The notes: generated by a model not told the origin, from the sequence alone. A stretch of 64,000 bases of DNA from an uncultured Desulfovibrio sp. (GCA_944327295.1 CALVHF010000002.1:48657-112656); one strand, 5' to 3'. Positions 31,263 through 40,539 are shown, counted from the first letter of the stretch. Translations and numbers: made by a program.

Positions 31263-31421
31263 CTTGTCTTGGCCGTTTTTTCTGAGCATTTTCGGGCATT
31301 TCAGGCCATGTACCTAAGGACACACCTTCTGCAGGAATCCCCAATTCGGCACCATGCCGACTTCTCCTGCCGATTGTGTGTCCTTGTTTTTTCCTTGTTC
31401 GTTCGACAGACCTTGCACAAC

Positions 31422-31462
31422 AAAAAAGGCCCCGGTGCTTGACTGCACACAGGAGCCTTTTT
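31422..31462. terminator. Bidirectional terminator-like hairpin between the methyltransferase and pdxT
   Basis: AAAAAAGGC ... GCCTTTTTT flanking a GTGC/GCAC inner stem. Coordinates approximate. Confidence 0.55.
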
Positions 31463-31563
31463 TCGTTCAGGAGAGCCTGTCCATCACTTCTCTGATTGTC
31501 TCGGGGCTCGTGCCCAGACCGCCGCTCTGCGGACAAGCCAGGCATGAAAGCGAAGGTCTTCCG

Positions 31564-32101
31564 TTAGTTCAGGGTGGAAGGAGAGGGCCAGCATGCTGCC
31601 ACCGAGGACGGCCACAGAATGCCCGTCCAAACAGGCCAGCACCTCGACCCCTGTGCCGGCACGCTCCACCAGGGGGGCCCTGATGAAGACGGCCTCCACG
31701 CGGTCAGCAGCACTGGCACAAAAGGTGCGCACCTGCAGAAAGGTTGTGAAGCTCTCCTGCTGGCGGCCGAAGGCATTGCGGCGCACCGAGATATCCAGGA
31801 CGCCCAGGCGGGGCTGGAGGGCAAAATCGGGCAGATCGGCGGCCAGAAGTATCATGCCGGCACAGGTTGCCAGCACGGGCATGCCGCCACGGCAAAGGTC
31901 ACGCAAGGGGATAAGGAGGCCATCCTCCTGCAAAAGCGTACCCATGACCGTGCTCTCGCCTCCGGGCAACACCAGGCCCTGGATTCCCATCAGATCCCTG
32001 CGAGCGCGGATTTCGCACACCTGTGCGCCACACTGCGCAAGAGCCCTCTCATGTTCGGCAAAAGCCCCCTGCAGGGCTAAAACGCCTATGCGGACAGCCA
32101 T
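31564..32101 (-). CDS. pdxT: PLP synthase glutaminase subunit PdxT
   Basis: IGVLALQGAF, LPGGEST, ATCAGMILL, RRNAFGRQ, FIRAP and SFHPEL motifs. TAATG overlap with pdxS. Confidence 0.95.
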
Positions 32102-32982
32102 TACCAGCCCCGCTCCTGCATGCGCTGTTCCTGAGGAATGGAGCTTATTTCCAGCCCTGGCATGGCTTCGCCAAGTCCGGTGGAAACGTTTGCGAGCAGT
32201 GCATAGTCTTTGTAATGGGAGACTGCTGCCACAATGGCCCGAGCCCTTGCGGCCGGATCGGCCGACTTGAAAATTCCCGATCCCACAAAGACACCATCCA
32301 GGCCAAGTTCCATCATCAGAGCTGCATCTGCAGGCGTGGCAATGCCGCCTGCGGCAAAATTGACGACTGGCAGCCTGCCCTGCCTGCGGGTCTCCAGTAC
32401 AAGTTCCAGGGGCGCGCCAATCTCCCTGGCAAAGTTCGGCACCTCTTCCTCGGGCAGGGCACACAGTGCCTTGACGGCATCAAGAACAAGGCGGCAGTGG
32501 CGCACGGCTTCCACCACATTGCCTGTGCCAGGCTCTCCCTTGGTACGAATCATGGCCGCTCCTTCGGCGATGCGGCGCAGAGCCTCCCCCAGATTCCGGG
32601 CACCGCAGACAAAGGGCACCGTAAACTTTGCCTTGTCGATATGAAAGCGATCGTCGGCCGGAGTCAGCACTTCACTTTCATCAATGTAGTCCACACCAAG
32701 GCTTTCAAGGATACGAGCCTCGATCACGTGACCTATACGGACCTTGGCCATGACCGGTATGCTCACGGCCTTCATAATGGCCCTGACTATGGCTGGATCC
32801 GCCATGCGGGCCACGCCGCCGGCAGCCCGGATATCCGCAGGAACGCGTTCCAGTGCCATGACGGCACAGGCGCCGGCTTCCTGGGCAATGACTGCCTGTT
32901 CTGGGGTTGTCACGTCCATGATGACACCACCCTTGAGCATGCGGGCAAGACCCGACTTCACCTGAAATGTTCCCTTTTCCAT
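32101..32982 (-). CDS. pdxS: PLP synthase lyase subunit PdxS
   Basis: [54 protein letters not shown] and C-terminal MQERGW. Confidence 0.97.
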   Translation of the reverse strand: MEKGTFQVKSGLARMLKGGVIMDVTTPEQAVIAQEAGACAVMALERVPADIRAAGGVARMADPAIVRAIMKAVSIPVMAKVRIGHVIEARILESLGVDYIDESEVLTPADDRFHIDKAKFTVPFVCGARNLGEALRRIAEGAAMIRTKGEPGTGNVVEAVRHCRLVLDAVKALCALPEEEVPNFAREIGAPLELVLETRRQGRLPVVNFAAGGIATPADAALMMELGLDGVFVGSGIFKSADPAARARAIVAAVSHYKDYALLANVSTGLGEAMPGLEISSIPQEQRMQERGW

Positions 32983-33098
32983 GCTGTTCACCTCTCTTGA
33001 TTGATCGCACGACAGGCGTGCAGGGGCTCTTTGAAGATGTTTGAAAGGTGCTGCAGTCCTACCCTGTTTTGAGCTCTGCCCCCAAGCCTTTGTCCCGT

Positions 33099-33160
33099 TC
33101 AGGTGACAATCTTTTTGGTCAGGAATACAATTTGTCTTGTCAGGGTGACAATTTGTCTGC
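33099..33160. promoter_or_regulatory. Array of three direct repeats, a putative MocR/PdxR operator
   Basis: ACAAT cores at 33106, 33127 and 33148 (21-bp spacing), each preceded by TCAGG. Unit 3 is the perfect palindrome GACAA-T-TTGTC. Confidence 0.7.
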
Positions 33161-33213
33161 CATCCAGGACTCTGGCTACCGCCTCTCTTTTGGGGTGTCA
33201 TTGAGGAACAGAC

Positions 33214-34641
33214 ATGCAGTTTGAGAAACTTCGCAGACTCTATGAGGAATATCTGCACGATCATGGCCGCCCGCCCCATTGGGAAGCCCTGGCTTCGGCC
33301 CTGGCGGACATGATCCGGGCTGGCGCTCTTGCTCCGGGCGAACGCCTGCCTACCCACAGGGAACTAGCCCAGGCCTTGCAGGTCACCGTAGGCACGGTCT
33401 CTCATGCCTATGCCAAGACAGCCCAGCTCAATCTCAGTACCGGCATTGTCGGCAGAGGCACCTTTGTGACACGCCCGGTGCAGGAGGTGGATGTCTATGC
33501 CCAGCGGCCACTGCCCAGGGCCTACACGACTGGAAGTCCCCCTGGCACCGTACATGCCTTTTCCGAAAAGAACCCGCTGGACATGGGATTCATCACGCCT
33601 TTCGAGCATCTCAACCCCCCTGTGGAAGCGGGACTGAACGCTCTACTGCACAACGGAGGCCTCAATGCCCTGAGCGGCTATCAGGCACCGCATGGGCTTT
33701 TGCGTCACCGGGAGGCCGGCGCACTGTGGGCTGCTCGTTTCGGACTTCCCCTTGCTCCGGACAATGTTCTTGTCTGTGCTGGGGCACAGCATGCCCTGCT
33801 CACAGTCTTGGCCTCGCTCTTCAGTCCAGGAGACCGCATAGCTGTCGAGCAGCTGAGCTACCCTCTTCTCAGGCAGCTTGCCCAGAAGCTGCGTTTACAG
33901 CTCATCCCCGTTCGCATGGACAAGAATGGTCTCATCCCCTCTTCCCTGGAAGCAGCCTGCAAAACCAGGAACATCAGGGGACTGTACCTGATGCCGTCCT
34001 GCCACAATCCGACCCTTTCCATGATCCCCGAGTTCAGGCGGCATGAAATTGTGGATATTTGCCGCAAACATGATGTCTGCCTCATCGAGGACGATGTCTA
34101 TGCCCTCTCTCTGGAACAGCGCCTGCCACCTCTGTCCAGGCTGGCGCCCGAGCGCAGCTGCTTCATCGCATCCACAAGCGAAACCCTGGGAGCAGGACTG
34201 CGCATTGCCTATCTCTGTGCCCCTCTGCAGTATCAGGACGCCCTTGAGCGCACCATTTCCTACACCATTTCCATGGCGCCGCCCCTGATGGCGGAACTTG
34301 CGGCCCTGTGGATAGGCGACGGGACAGCAGACACTGTTGTTGCGACCAAGCGCAGGGCAGCCAGGGAGGCCAATGTCCTGGCCCGCAAAATACTGGACGG
34401 CTTTCCCCTGGAAACCCGCACCACGGGTTTCTTCTGCTGGCTCAAGCTGCCTGATCAGGACGCCTCCCTTGAGCTGACCAGGGCTGCCAGGCAACAAGGC
34501 ATCATTGTGGCAGACACTTCCTACTTTGCCACGGGTGGTGCCGCCTCCGAGGCCGGTGTGCGCATAGCCCTGGGACTTAAGGATCAGGAAGTGCTGACCG
34601 AAGCTCTGGAATGTCTGACAAGACTTCTGCAACAGGGCTGA
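33214..34641 (+). CDS. pdxR: MocR/GabR-type PLP-dependent GntR regulator, divergent from pdxST
   Basis: N-terminal wHTH ([11 protein letters not shown]...TVGTVSHAY...GRGTFV) plus an aminotransferase-like domain (GAQHAL, HNPT, IEDDVY, GLRIAY). The symbol is assigned from context. Confidence 0.85.
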   Translation: MQFEKLRRLYEEYLHDHGRPPHWEALASALADMIRAGALAPGERLPTHRELAQALQVTVGTVSHAYAKTAQLNLSTGIVGRGTFVTRPVQEVDVYAQRPLPRAYTTGSPPGTVHAFSEKNPLDMGFITPFEHLNPPVEAGLNALLHNGGLNALSGYQAPHGLLRHREAGALWAARFGLPLAPDNVLVCAGAQHALLTVLASLFSPGDRIAVEQLSYPLLRQLAQKLRLQLIPVRMDKNGLIPSSLEAACKTRNIRGLYLMPSCHNPTLSMIPEFRRHEIVDICRKHDVCLIEDDVYALSLEQRLPPLSRLAPERSCFIASTSETLGAGLRIAYLCAPLQYQDALERTISYTISMAPPLMAELAALWIGDGTADTVVATKRRAAREANVLARKILDGFPLETRTTGFFCWLKLPDQDASLELTRAARQQGIIVADTSYFATGGAASEAGVRIALGLKDQEVLTEALECLTRLLQQG

Positions 34642-34787
34642 TCCAGGCATTGTATCTCTTTTTTCCGTCACCTGCCTGAACAAGAGACCGCAAGAGGCCC
34701 GGCCCCTGTAACTGTGCAATCTGTAACAGTGCCGGTTCACGGCCAGCGCCAGTCATGGCCGATATTTCAGTTTGCCTGCGTACTCAT

Positions 34788-35927
34788 CTACCCGCCGAGC
34801 AGCTTTGATGCCCGTTGCCGCAGGGCCAATTCAATAAGCTTCAGACGCCTGGATTCAAGATTGTAGCGAGGATGCCTTTTCAGCCTGAAGTCCAGCAGAT
34901 GACGCAGTCCTTCACGATGCCGCTGCTTCACGCAGGGCTGTGCGACAGTAAAGAAGTCATCATAGCACACTGGAAACTGAAGGTCCGCATACTTGAGGAA
35001 GTCCTGTCTGCTTTCCAGCTCCTTGCGCGAGGCAAAGTTGAAGAGGGCGTTTCCGTGATCGAACAGAGGGGCAGGTCCTGCCAAGGTATTGCTCCTGGAG
35101 TGTACAAGGAAGCCAAAGTTGCCAAAATGCCTGTCAGTATTGGCTACCAGTGCATCGAAAACGAACATGTCTTCCAGTGTGTCCACATACTCCGTACCGA
35201 GAGTCCTGTAAAAATCGAGAACAGCCTGCATTCCGCCATGCTTTACAATATTCCCGACCGGAACAAAGCCCACTTCCTTGCTTGTGAACAATTCACATTT
35301 GGAACAGAGTGTCGATTTCCACCTGACAATGGTGTACGGAACCGCCTTGATGCCAAGAGTCTGGGCAACCTGCCAGGCATAAAATTCAGAATAGGGCTCA
35401 TTGCCGGTATTGGACGCGCCTTCTGTTCCCCCTTTGTACAGGTACACCCTGCCCGACTGGCGCCGCCAGCACTTGGGAAGCATGCCGTTCGTGGTGAACT
35501 CGGGGCTCGAGAGCACAGAAGCACGAACAGAACTTCCATAACCAGTAAAGGCTATGCCAGCCAGAATCTCGCTGAATCTGTTCTCGTAGAGATTGCACCG
35601 GGCAAAATCCTTGTCAAAACCTGCTCTCACGACCCAGTAGCTGTCGTTGAGAGAAAGCCCCTTGCTGACATCGATAATGCCCATGGTGGCATTGGGAGAG
35701 AGGCCGCATTGTGCCAGAAATGTGTGAATGTACGCCCTGTTCTTGGGGAGCTTCCTGTGCTTTAGCCAGCGGGCAAGACCTTTATCTGTCACTTCCATAC
35801 CCATCGGCATCAGGGGCAGGGCATCCTGCTCCACATGTGTTATGCAGACTTCGGGCGTCTCTCCATTGTCCCTGGCTGAAAAGTGAAGCAGGGCCTGGTC
35901 AAAAAGCTTCAGAATATAGTCAGCCAT
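34788..35927 (-). CDS. HipA-like (CtkA-type) Ser/Thr kinase
   Basis: TNGMLPKCW, LYKGG, EPYSEF, catalytic DALVANTDRHFGNFG and APLFDHG motifs. Confidence 0.8.
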   Translation of the reverse strand: MADYILKLFDQALLHFSARDNGETPEVCITHVEQDALPLMPMGMEVTDKGLARWLKHRKLPKNRAYIHTFLAQCGLSPNATMGIIDVSKGLSLNDSYWVVRAGFDKDFARCNLYENRFSEILAGIAFTGYGSSVRASVLSSPEFTTNGMLPKCWRRQSGRVYLYKGGTEGASNTGNEPYSEFYAWQVAQTLGIKAVPYTIVRWKSTLCSKCELFTSKEVGFVPVGNIVKHGGMQAVLDFYRTLGTEYVDTLEDMFVFDALVANTDRHFGNFGFLVHSRSNTLAGPAPLFDHGNALFNFASRKELESRQDFLKYADLQFPVCYDDFFTVAQPCVKQRHREGLRHLLDFRLKRHPRYNLESRRLKLIELALRQRASKLLGG

Positions 35928-36250
35928 GCACGCTCCCTGTTCCCTCTACGCCGGAACTTTTCTTTCTGTGTCTGACTGCAGGACGTGTTGAGACGGAAAC
36001 CATCCTCAACTGCATTGATTGTCCCTCTTTTTTCTGCATGCCTGACAGCAGGAACACTGTAGATCCAGAGGAGGAAATCATCAATTCTTTTCTAAAAACT
36101 GCCCATGTAGCCGCTTTCGGCTATACCACAAGCAATGAAACATCGGCTTACATGTTTTCCACAGATTAGCCAATTGTTTTATAGGAACAAAAAAACAGCC
36201 TTTTAGGACTCGCAGGAAGACAAAACGTATTTCACCTGCCTGATACATAC

Positions 36251-36284
36251 AAAAAAAGCCCCTGCGGCGATTCACCGTAAGGGC
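36251..36284 (-). terminator. Terminator of tRNA-fMet
   Basis: The minus strand reads GCCCTTACGG-TGAATCG-CCGCAGGGGC-TTTTTTT (one mismatch, one G-U). Confidence 0.7.
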
Positions 36285-36298
36285 TGTCTTGTCATTTC

Positions 36299-36375
<77 letters not shown>

Positions 36376-36386
36376 ATGCGGAAAAC

Positions 36387-36452
36387 TATATAGACTGCAA
36401 AAACCGATCCTGTCAAGCATATTTGACATAATTTTGTTAAAAAAAATAAAAG
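36387..36452. promoter_or_regulatory. Back-to-back sigma70-like promoters for tRNA-fMet (-) and the GNAT-TraB gene (+)
   Basis: TGTCAA (36411-36416) GCATAT TTGACA (36423-36428). Candidate -10 elements are TATATA (minus) and TAAAAG (plus), both at 18-nt spacing. Confidence 0.45.
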
Positions 36453-36602
36453 CACCAACATCCTCGGATCTTGGCTCGCCAGCAGCATGTGCCGGCAGCG
36501 CTTGCCACACTATCTGTTCTTTGCGATCATCCGGCGGGCGAAGCAGAGATGGCCCATGCACTTTCCTCTTTTTCGACTGTAGGGAGACTACGGAGACGCT
36601 TC

Positions 36603-38354
36603 ATGGATACTTTGGCCCAGCATCCCGATCCGGCTGCAGCGTGCGCAGAAATCTACACCCGGATTCAGGGTATTCCCGAGCACTCGGTTTCACTGATGAC
36701 ACGAGCCAGCCATGGCCGGGCGCTACGTATCGGCGCCTATCTTTTCTATGCAGCCGGAGACTGGCTCATAGGCATAGGCTACCCCCTGCAGGGAACGCCT
36801 TCTGTCGAAGACTTTGACAGGGCTCTCGACAAGGCCATCAGCCAGACAGGGGCGACAGACTGCCGCATTGTCGCCTGCGAGCTTCCTGCACGGCTGGCCG
36901 GTCATCTCGCCAAAAAGGATGCGTACTACATCCTTCCCCTGGAGAGAGCCCTGCCAAAACGCCTCGTCAATATTGTCAACAAGGCCTCGCAGTCCTTGCG
37001 CATTGAGACAGGCACGACCTTCACGCCCCAGCACCGCCGCCTGTGGGGCGAATTCATGGGTTTTGCCGGACTCCCCAGCAATGTTCAGGTCCTGTATGCC
37101 TCCGTGGAGGAACTACTCTCAGCCCCTGACTGCGAAATTTCCCTGCTCAATGCCTATGACGGGGACGGATTTCTCACGGCCTGCCTCGTGGTGGATACCG
37201 CACTGCCGGACTTTGACACCTATCTGCTTGGCGCCCATTCGCGCCAGCACCCTGTGCCCCATGCCTCGGATGTACTCTTTGCCCGCATGATTGCAGAGGC
37301 CCGTCAGCGCAACAAGGCCTTCCTGCACCTGGGCCTTGGCGTCAATCAGGGCATAGCCCGCTTCAAGCGCAAATGGGGCGGTTTTCCCGCCCTGCCCTAT
37401 CTGGAAGCCCAGTGGAAGGAACAGAAGCGTTCCGCCTCCGTCAACGTCATTCTGCACAGCATCGAGGCCAGTCTGGATACGAGCCTGAGCGAAATGGAAC
37501 ACAGAGAACACGATCTTGCCCAGCGTCCCTTCCGCATGCTCTGGCGACTGGACAAGGACGGACGCACCTCCTGGATTGGCGGGACTGCCCACTTTTTCTG
37601 CAAGTCCTTCGAGCGCTCCTTCAAGCAGCTCTACAAAAACATTGATACGGTCCTTTTTGAAGGCCACCTGGATGATGCAAGCCTGGAAACCATCAGTCTG
37701 GTCGGCAAGCAGCCACCCACCCCTTCGGCCTGCCTCTACGATCTCTTAAGCGAAGAGGAGCGACACAGGCTTGAACGTATGGTCCGAGGGCCTGAAGGGC
37801 CACTGTTCCGTTTTCTCAACGTGGAAGCAGAGAACAAGGCCGATGTGCGCTGGTACCTGCGCCGGACACAGCACTGGTATGCCTTCTTTGCCCTGTGGTG
37901 CGCCTTTCTTGAGCGCCGGGGCTGGCGCTATTCCGTGGATCTGGAAGCCTGGCGCCTAGCCCACAGCCTGGGCAAGCACGTGCTGGCCATGGAAGACATA
38001 GAGGAACAGCTGGAGGCCCTGCGCTCTGTTCCGGTGGAGCGGGCTGTCAATCACCTGCGCAACTGCGCCCTGTGGCCTGCCTACCTCAAGGCCAATGCCC
38101 GGGCCTACCTGGCAGGGGATCTCATGGGGCTCATGGGCACAAGCACGGAATTTCCTACCCGCACAGGACACATCATAGGCACACGGGATCAGCGTTTTCG
38201 GGAGCGCATGGTGCCCTACCTGGAAGAAGGCAGGGCCCTGGCCCTGGTCGGATCGGCCCACCTGCTCAACCTGCGCAGCATGCTGGAAGAAGACGGCTTC
38301 ACGGTCACGCCCGAGAACCGCAGCCTGTGGGGCAGGATACGCCATTACGGGTAG
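36603..38354 (+). CDS. Fusion protein: N-terminal Fem-like GNAT domain + C-terminal TraB/GumN (TIKI) protease-like domain
   Basis: The N-half ends in HLGLGVNQGIARFKRKWGG. The C-half has LWRL...SWIGGTAHF, LFEG, EDIEEQLEAL, RDQRF and ALVGSAHL. Start is 36603 (GGAG RBS) or 36549. Confidence 0.75.
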   Translation: MDTLAQHPDPAAACAEIYTRIQGIPEHSVSLMTRASHGRALRIGAYLFYAAGDWLIGIGYPLQGTPSVEDFDRALDKAISQTGATDCRIVACELPARLAGHLAKKDAYYILPLERALPKRLVNIVNKASQSLRIETGTTFTPQHRRLWGEFMGFAGLPSNVQVLYASVEELLSAPDCEISLLNAYDGDGFLTACLVVDTALPDFDTYLLGAHSRQHPVPHASDVLFARMIAEARQRNKAFLHLGLGVNQGIARFKRKWGGFPALPYLEAQWKEQKRSASVNVILHSIEASLDTSLSEMEHREHDLAQRPFRMLWRLDKDGRTSWIGGTAHFFCKSFERSFKQLYKNIDTVLFEGHLDDASLETISLVGKQPPTPSACLYDLLSEEERHRLERMVRGPEGPLFRFLNVEAENKADVRWYLRRTQHWYAFFALWCAFLERRGWRYSVDLEAWRLAHSLGKHVLAMEDIEEQLEALRSVPVERAVNHLRNCALWPAYLKANARAYLAGDLMGLMGTSTEFPTRTGHIIGTRDQRFRERMVPYLEEGRALALVGSAHLLNLRSMLEEDGFTVTPENRSLWGRIRHYG

Positions 38355-38358
38355 AAGT

Positions 38359-39258
38359 ATGCAGACATTCAGTGACTTTACCTGCCGGGCTCTGGTGCCC
38401 GAGCATCTGGAACACTACGTGCGCGCCGTCAGCGCCTGCACGCCTTTGCGCATAGGCTCCTTCCTTGCCTGGCGCAATGCTTCCTCCCTCATTCTCACGG
38501 GCTTTCCGTGTGACAGCGGCCTTGGAATCTTTGCGGAAGGGTCTCCTGTACAGGAGCCGGCCAAAACCCTCCTCCTGCACTCCCTGGACGAGGCCCTGCA
38601 GGAGGCAGGCTCCCTGCCCTGGGTGGAGACCATCACCCTTCTTGCCCCTGTCCGTCCGAAGGCTGTTCCTGAAAATGCCACCTGCCATGAGGACGCCTAT
38701 TTCGGCCTGGATCTACCTCTGGGCAGGCTTGGCGGCAAGCTGAACAACATGCTGCGCAGGGGCAGGACTCTGACGGAAATTACAGTCAACGACACATGGA
38801 ACAGGGAACACGAGGCCCTGGTGGCCCAGGCCGTGCGTGTCCTTGGCAGCCGTCCAGGAGAGCAGCGCCTGCTCCCGGAGCATGCAAGGCTCTTTGCCAG
38901 ACTCGGCCACTACGTGGCGGCCAACCAAGGCAAAGTCTGCTGCTACTCGGCCAGGCGCCGGGACGATGGCCGCCTGTGCGGACTTGTGCTGGGCGATCAC
39001 GCCTCCTACACAACCTCCTTCTATCTTTTTGCCTTCCGCAGCCCCGACGCGCCGCCCGGCACGGCCGACGCCCTTCTGCACAGCCTCTGCCAACACAGTG
39101 TGGAACTAGGCCAGGTGCGCTGCAACCTGGGGCTTGGCATTCACGGGGGCATACGCTTCTTCAAGGCCAAGTGGGGCGCCTCCCTGTGGATGCCCTGTCA
39201 TGAATGTTCCTGGTCCGTCAAAAAACGGGGCTTTTGGGCCCGGTTCCTTTCACGCTAG
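38359..39258 (+). CDS. Stand-alone Fem-like GNAT-fold protein, paralogous to the N-terminal domain of the upstream gene
   Basis: Begins 4 nt after the upstream stop. VPEH, EDAYF, ADALL and NLGLGIHGGIRFFKAKWG align with the upstream IPEH, KDAYY, SDVLF and HLGLGVNQGIARFKRKWG. Confidence 0.72.
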   Translation: MQTFSDFTCRALVPEHLEHYVRAVSACTPLRIGSFLAWRNASSLILTGFPCDSGLGIFAEGSPVQEPAKTLLLHSLDEALQEAGSLPWVETITLLAPVRPKAVPENATCHEDAYFGLDLPLGRLGGKLNNMLRRGRTLTEITVNDTWNREHEALVAQAVRVLGSRPGEQRLLPEHARLFARLGHYVAANQGKVCCYSARRRDDGRLCGLVLGDHASYTTSFYLFAFRSPDAPPGTADALLHSLCQHSVELGQVRCNLGLGIHGGIRFFKAKWGASLWMPCHECSWSVKKRGFWARFLSR

Positions 39259-39395
39259 ACCCGTTGTCTGCCCCAGAAACGTGCATCAAAAAAAGAAACA
39301 TCCTTACACCAATTTTTTATGCACCAAAAAAACATATTCTGCACCAATATTCTGTTCCCTGCCCTGTTCGTTCTGTCCCTTTTGAGGAGTCCGTC

Positions 39396-40475
39396 ATGTC
39401 TTCCAGCACGCAGCCCGATCCCCTTGCCGAAGCAGCACGCAGCCTGCCCCATGGCTGGCGACGCTGGCTTGGCAGGCTGGGCGGCAGCACCAAGCGCCCC
39501 CTGAAGCACATACAGGTCGAAGTGACATCGCATTGTCCCGGAGCCTGCGAATACTGCCCCAGAGGCATTCTGCACACGGCCTGGCAGGCCCGTCACATGC
39601 GTGATGCCTGCTTTGCCGCCCTGACCCCACTCATGCTGCAGGCCGAACGTGTGCATCTGCAGGGCTGGGGCGAGCCCTTTGCCCATCCGCGGCTGCTGGA
39701 TTATGTGGCTCTTGCCCGCAAGGCAGGCTGTGCTGCCTCGACCACTTCCTGCGGACTTGTCATGACGGAAGACCTGGCCCGTCGCGTTGTGGAGAGCGGC
39801 ATGGATATCGTGGCCTTTTCCCTAGTGGGCACGGACGAGGCCAGCAATGCCCCTCGCAGGAACGTGCCCTTTGCCAGAGTGGCCAGGGCCGTGCAGCTTC
39901 TTGAACGGACGAGGCGTGCCCTGCACAGCAGCACGCCCCGCATCCATCTCTCTTACCTGCTCCTGGCGGATCGTCTGCAGGCTGCGGCTAGGCTTCCAGA
40001 ACTCATGGAGGCCTGGAATGTGGACATGTGCATCATCTCCACCCTGGACATGCCTGTGCTGGCACAGCACTGGGCCTGGGCCTATCGGCCCGAAGAAACG
40101 GAAAAGATTGCCAAGGCCAGGACCTTTCTTGAACCCCTGGCCGCTCAGGCTGCTGCCGGCGGCCGGGCCATTCACTTCTGCCTGCCCGGCAGGGTCACGG
40201 GCAACTGTCGCGAGGACATTGCCCACAGCTGCTATGTGGATGCCGACGGGCTCCTCTCGCCCTGCATCTACCTCAATGTGCCCTTTCGAGAAAACATGTT
40301 CCGTGAAGAGACCCTGCTGCGCAACCACCGCGTCGTTTACGGCTCCATTGAACAGACCAGTCCTGTCACTCTCTGGAACAGGGACGACTACATGGACTTT
40401 CGTGCCGACTTGAGCCACGGGGTGACGCCCAAGACCTGCCTCTCCTGCCCCAAGCGCTTTGAACACTTCTTCTGA
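39396..40475 (+). CDS. Radical SAM enzyme with a SPASM/Twitch auxiliary-cluster domain
   Basis: CPGACEYC (CxxxCxxC), LQGWGEPFAHP, and C-terminal NC...SCYVDADGLLSPC...CLSC. A GAGGAG RBS lies before ATG 39396. Confidence 0.9.
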   Translation: MSSSTQPDPLAEAARSLPHGWRRWLGRLGGSTKRPLKHIQVEVTSHCPGACEYCPRGILHTAWQARHMRDACFAALTPLMLQAERVHLQGWGEPFAHPRLLDYVALARKAGCAASTTSCGLVMTEDLARRVVESGMDIVAFSLVGTDEASNAPRRNVPFARVARAVQLLERTRRALHSSTPRIHLSYLLLADRLQAAARLPELMEAWNVDMCIISTLDMPVLAQHWAWAYRPEETEKIAKARTFLEPLAAQAAAGGRAIHFCLPGRVTGNCREDIAHSCYVDADGLLSPCIYLNVPFRENMFREETLLRNHRVVYGSIEQTSPVTLWNRDDYMDFRADLSHGVTPKTCLSCPKRFEHFF

Positions 40476-40506
40476 TGCCAGGACCTTCCTGGCTGAAGGC
40501 CAAAAA

Positions 40507-40539
40507 AACGATCCGGAATGCCAATTATTCCGGATCGTT
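40507..40539. terminator. Hairpin between the convergent radical SAM and apbE genes
   Basis: Perfect 13-bp inverted repeat AACGATCCGGAAT / ATTCCGGATCGTT, with an A run on the left. Confidence 0.75.

Noticed and set aside
35990-36169. Short plus-strand ORF remnant (MPDSRNTVDPEEEII...) upstream of the HipA-like gene as an antitoxin
   Set aside because: Opposite strand, no HTH pattern and no good RBS. It cannot be supported as a gene.
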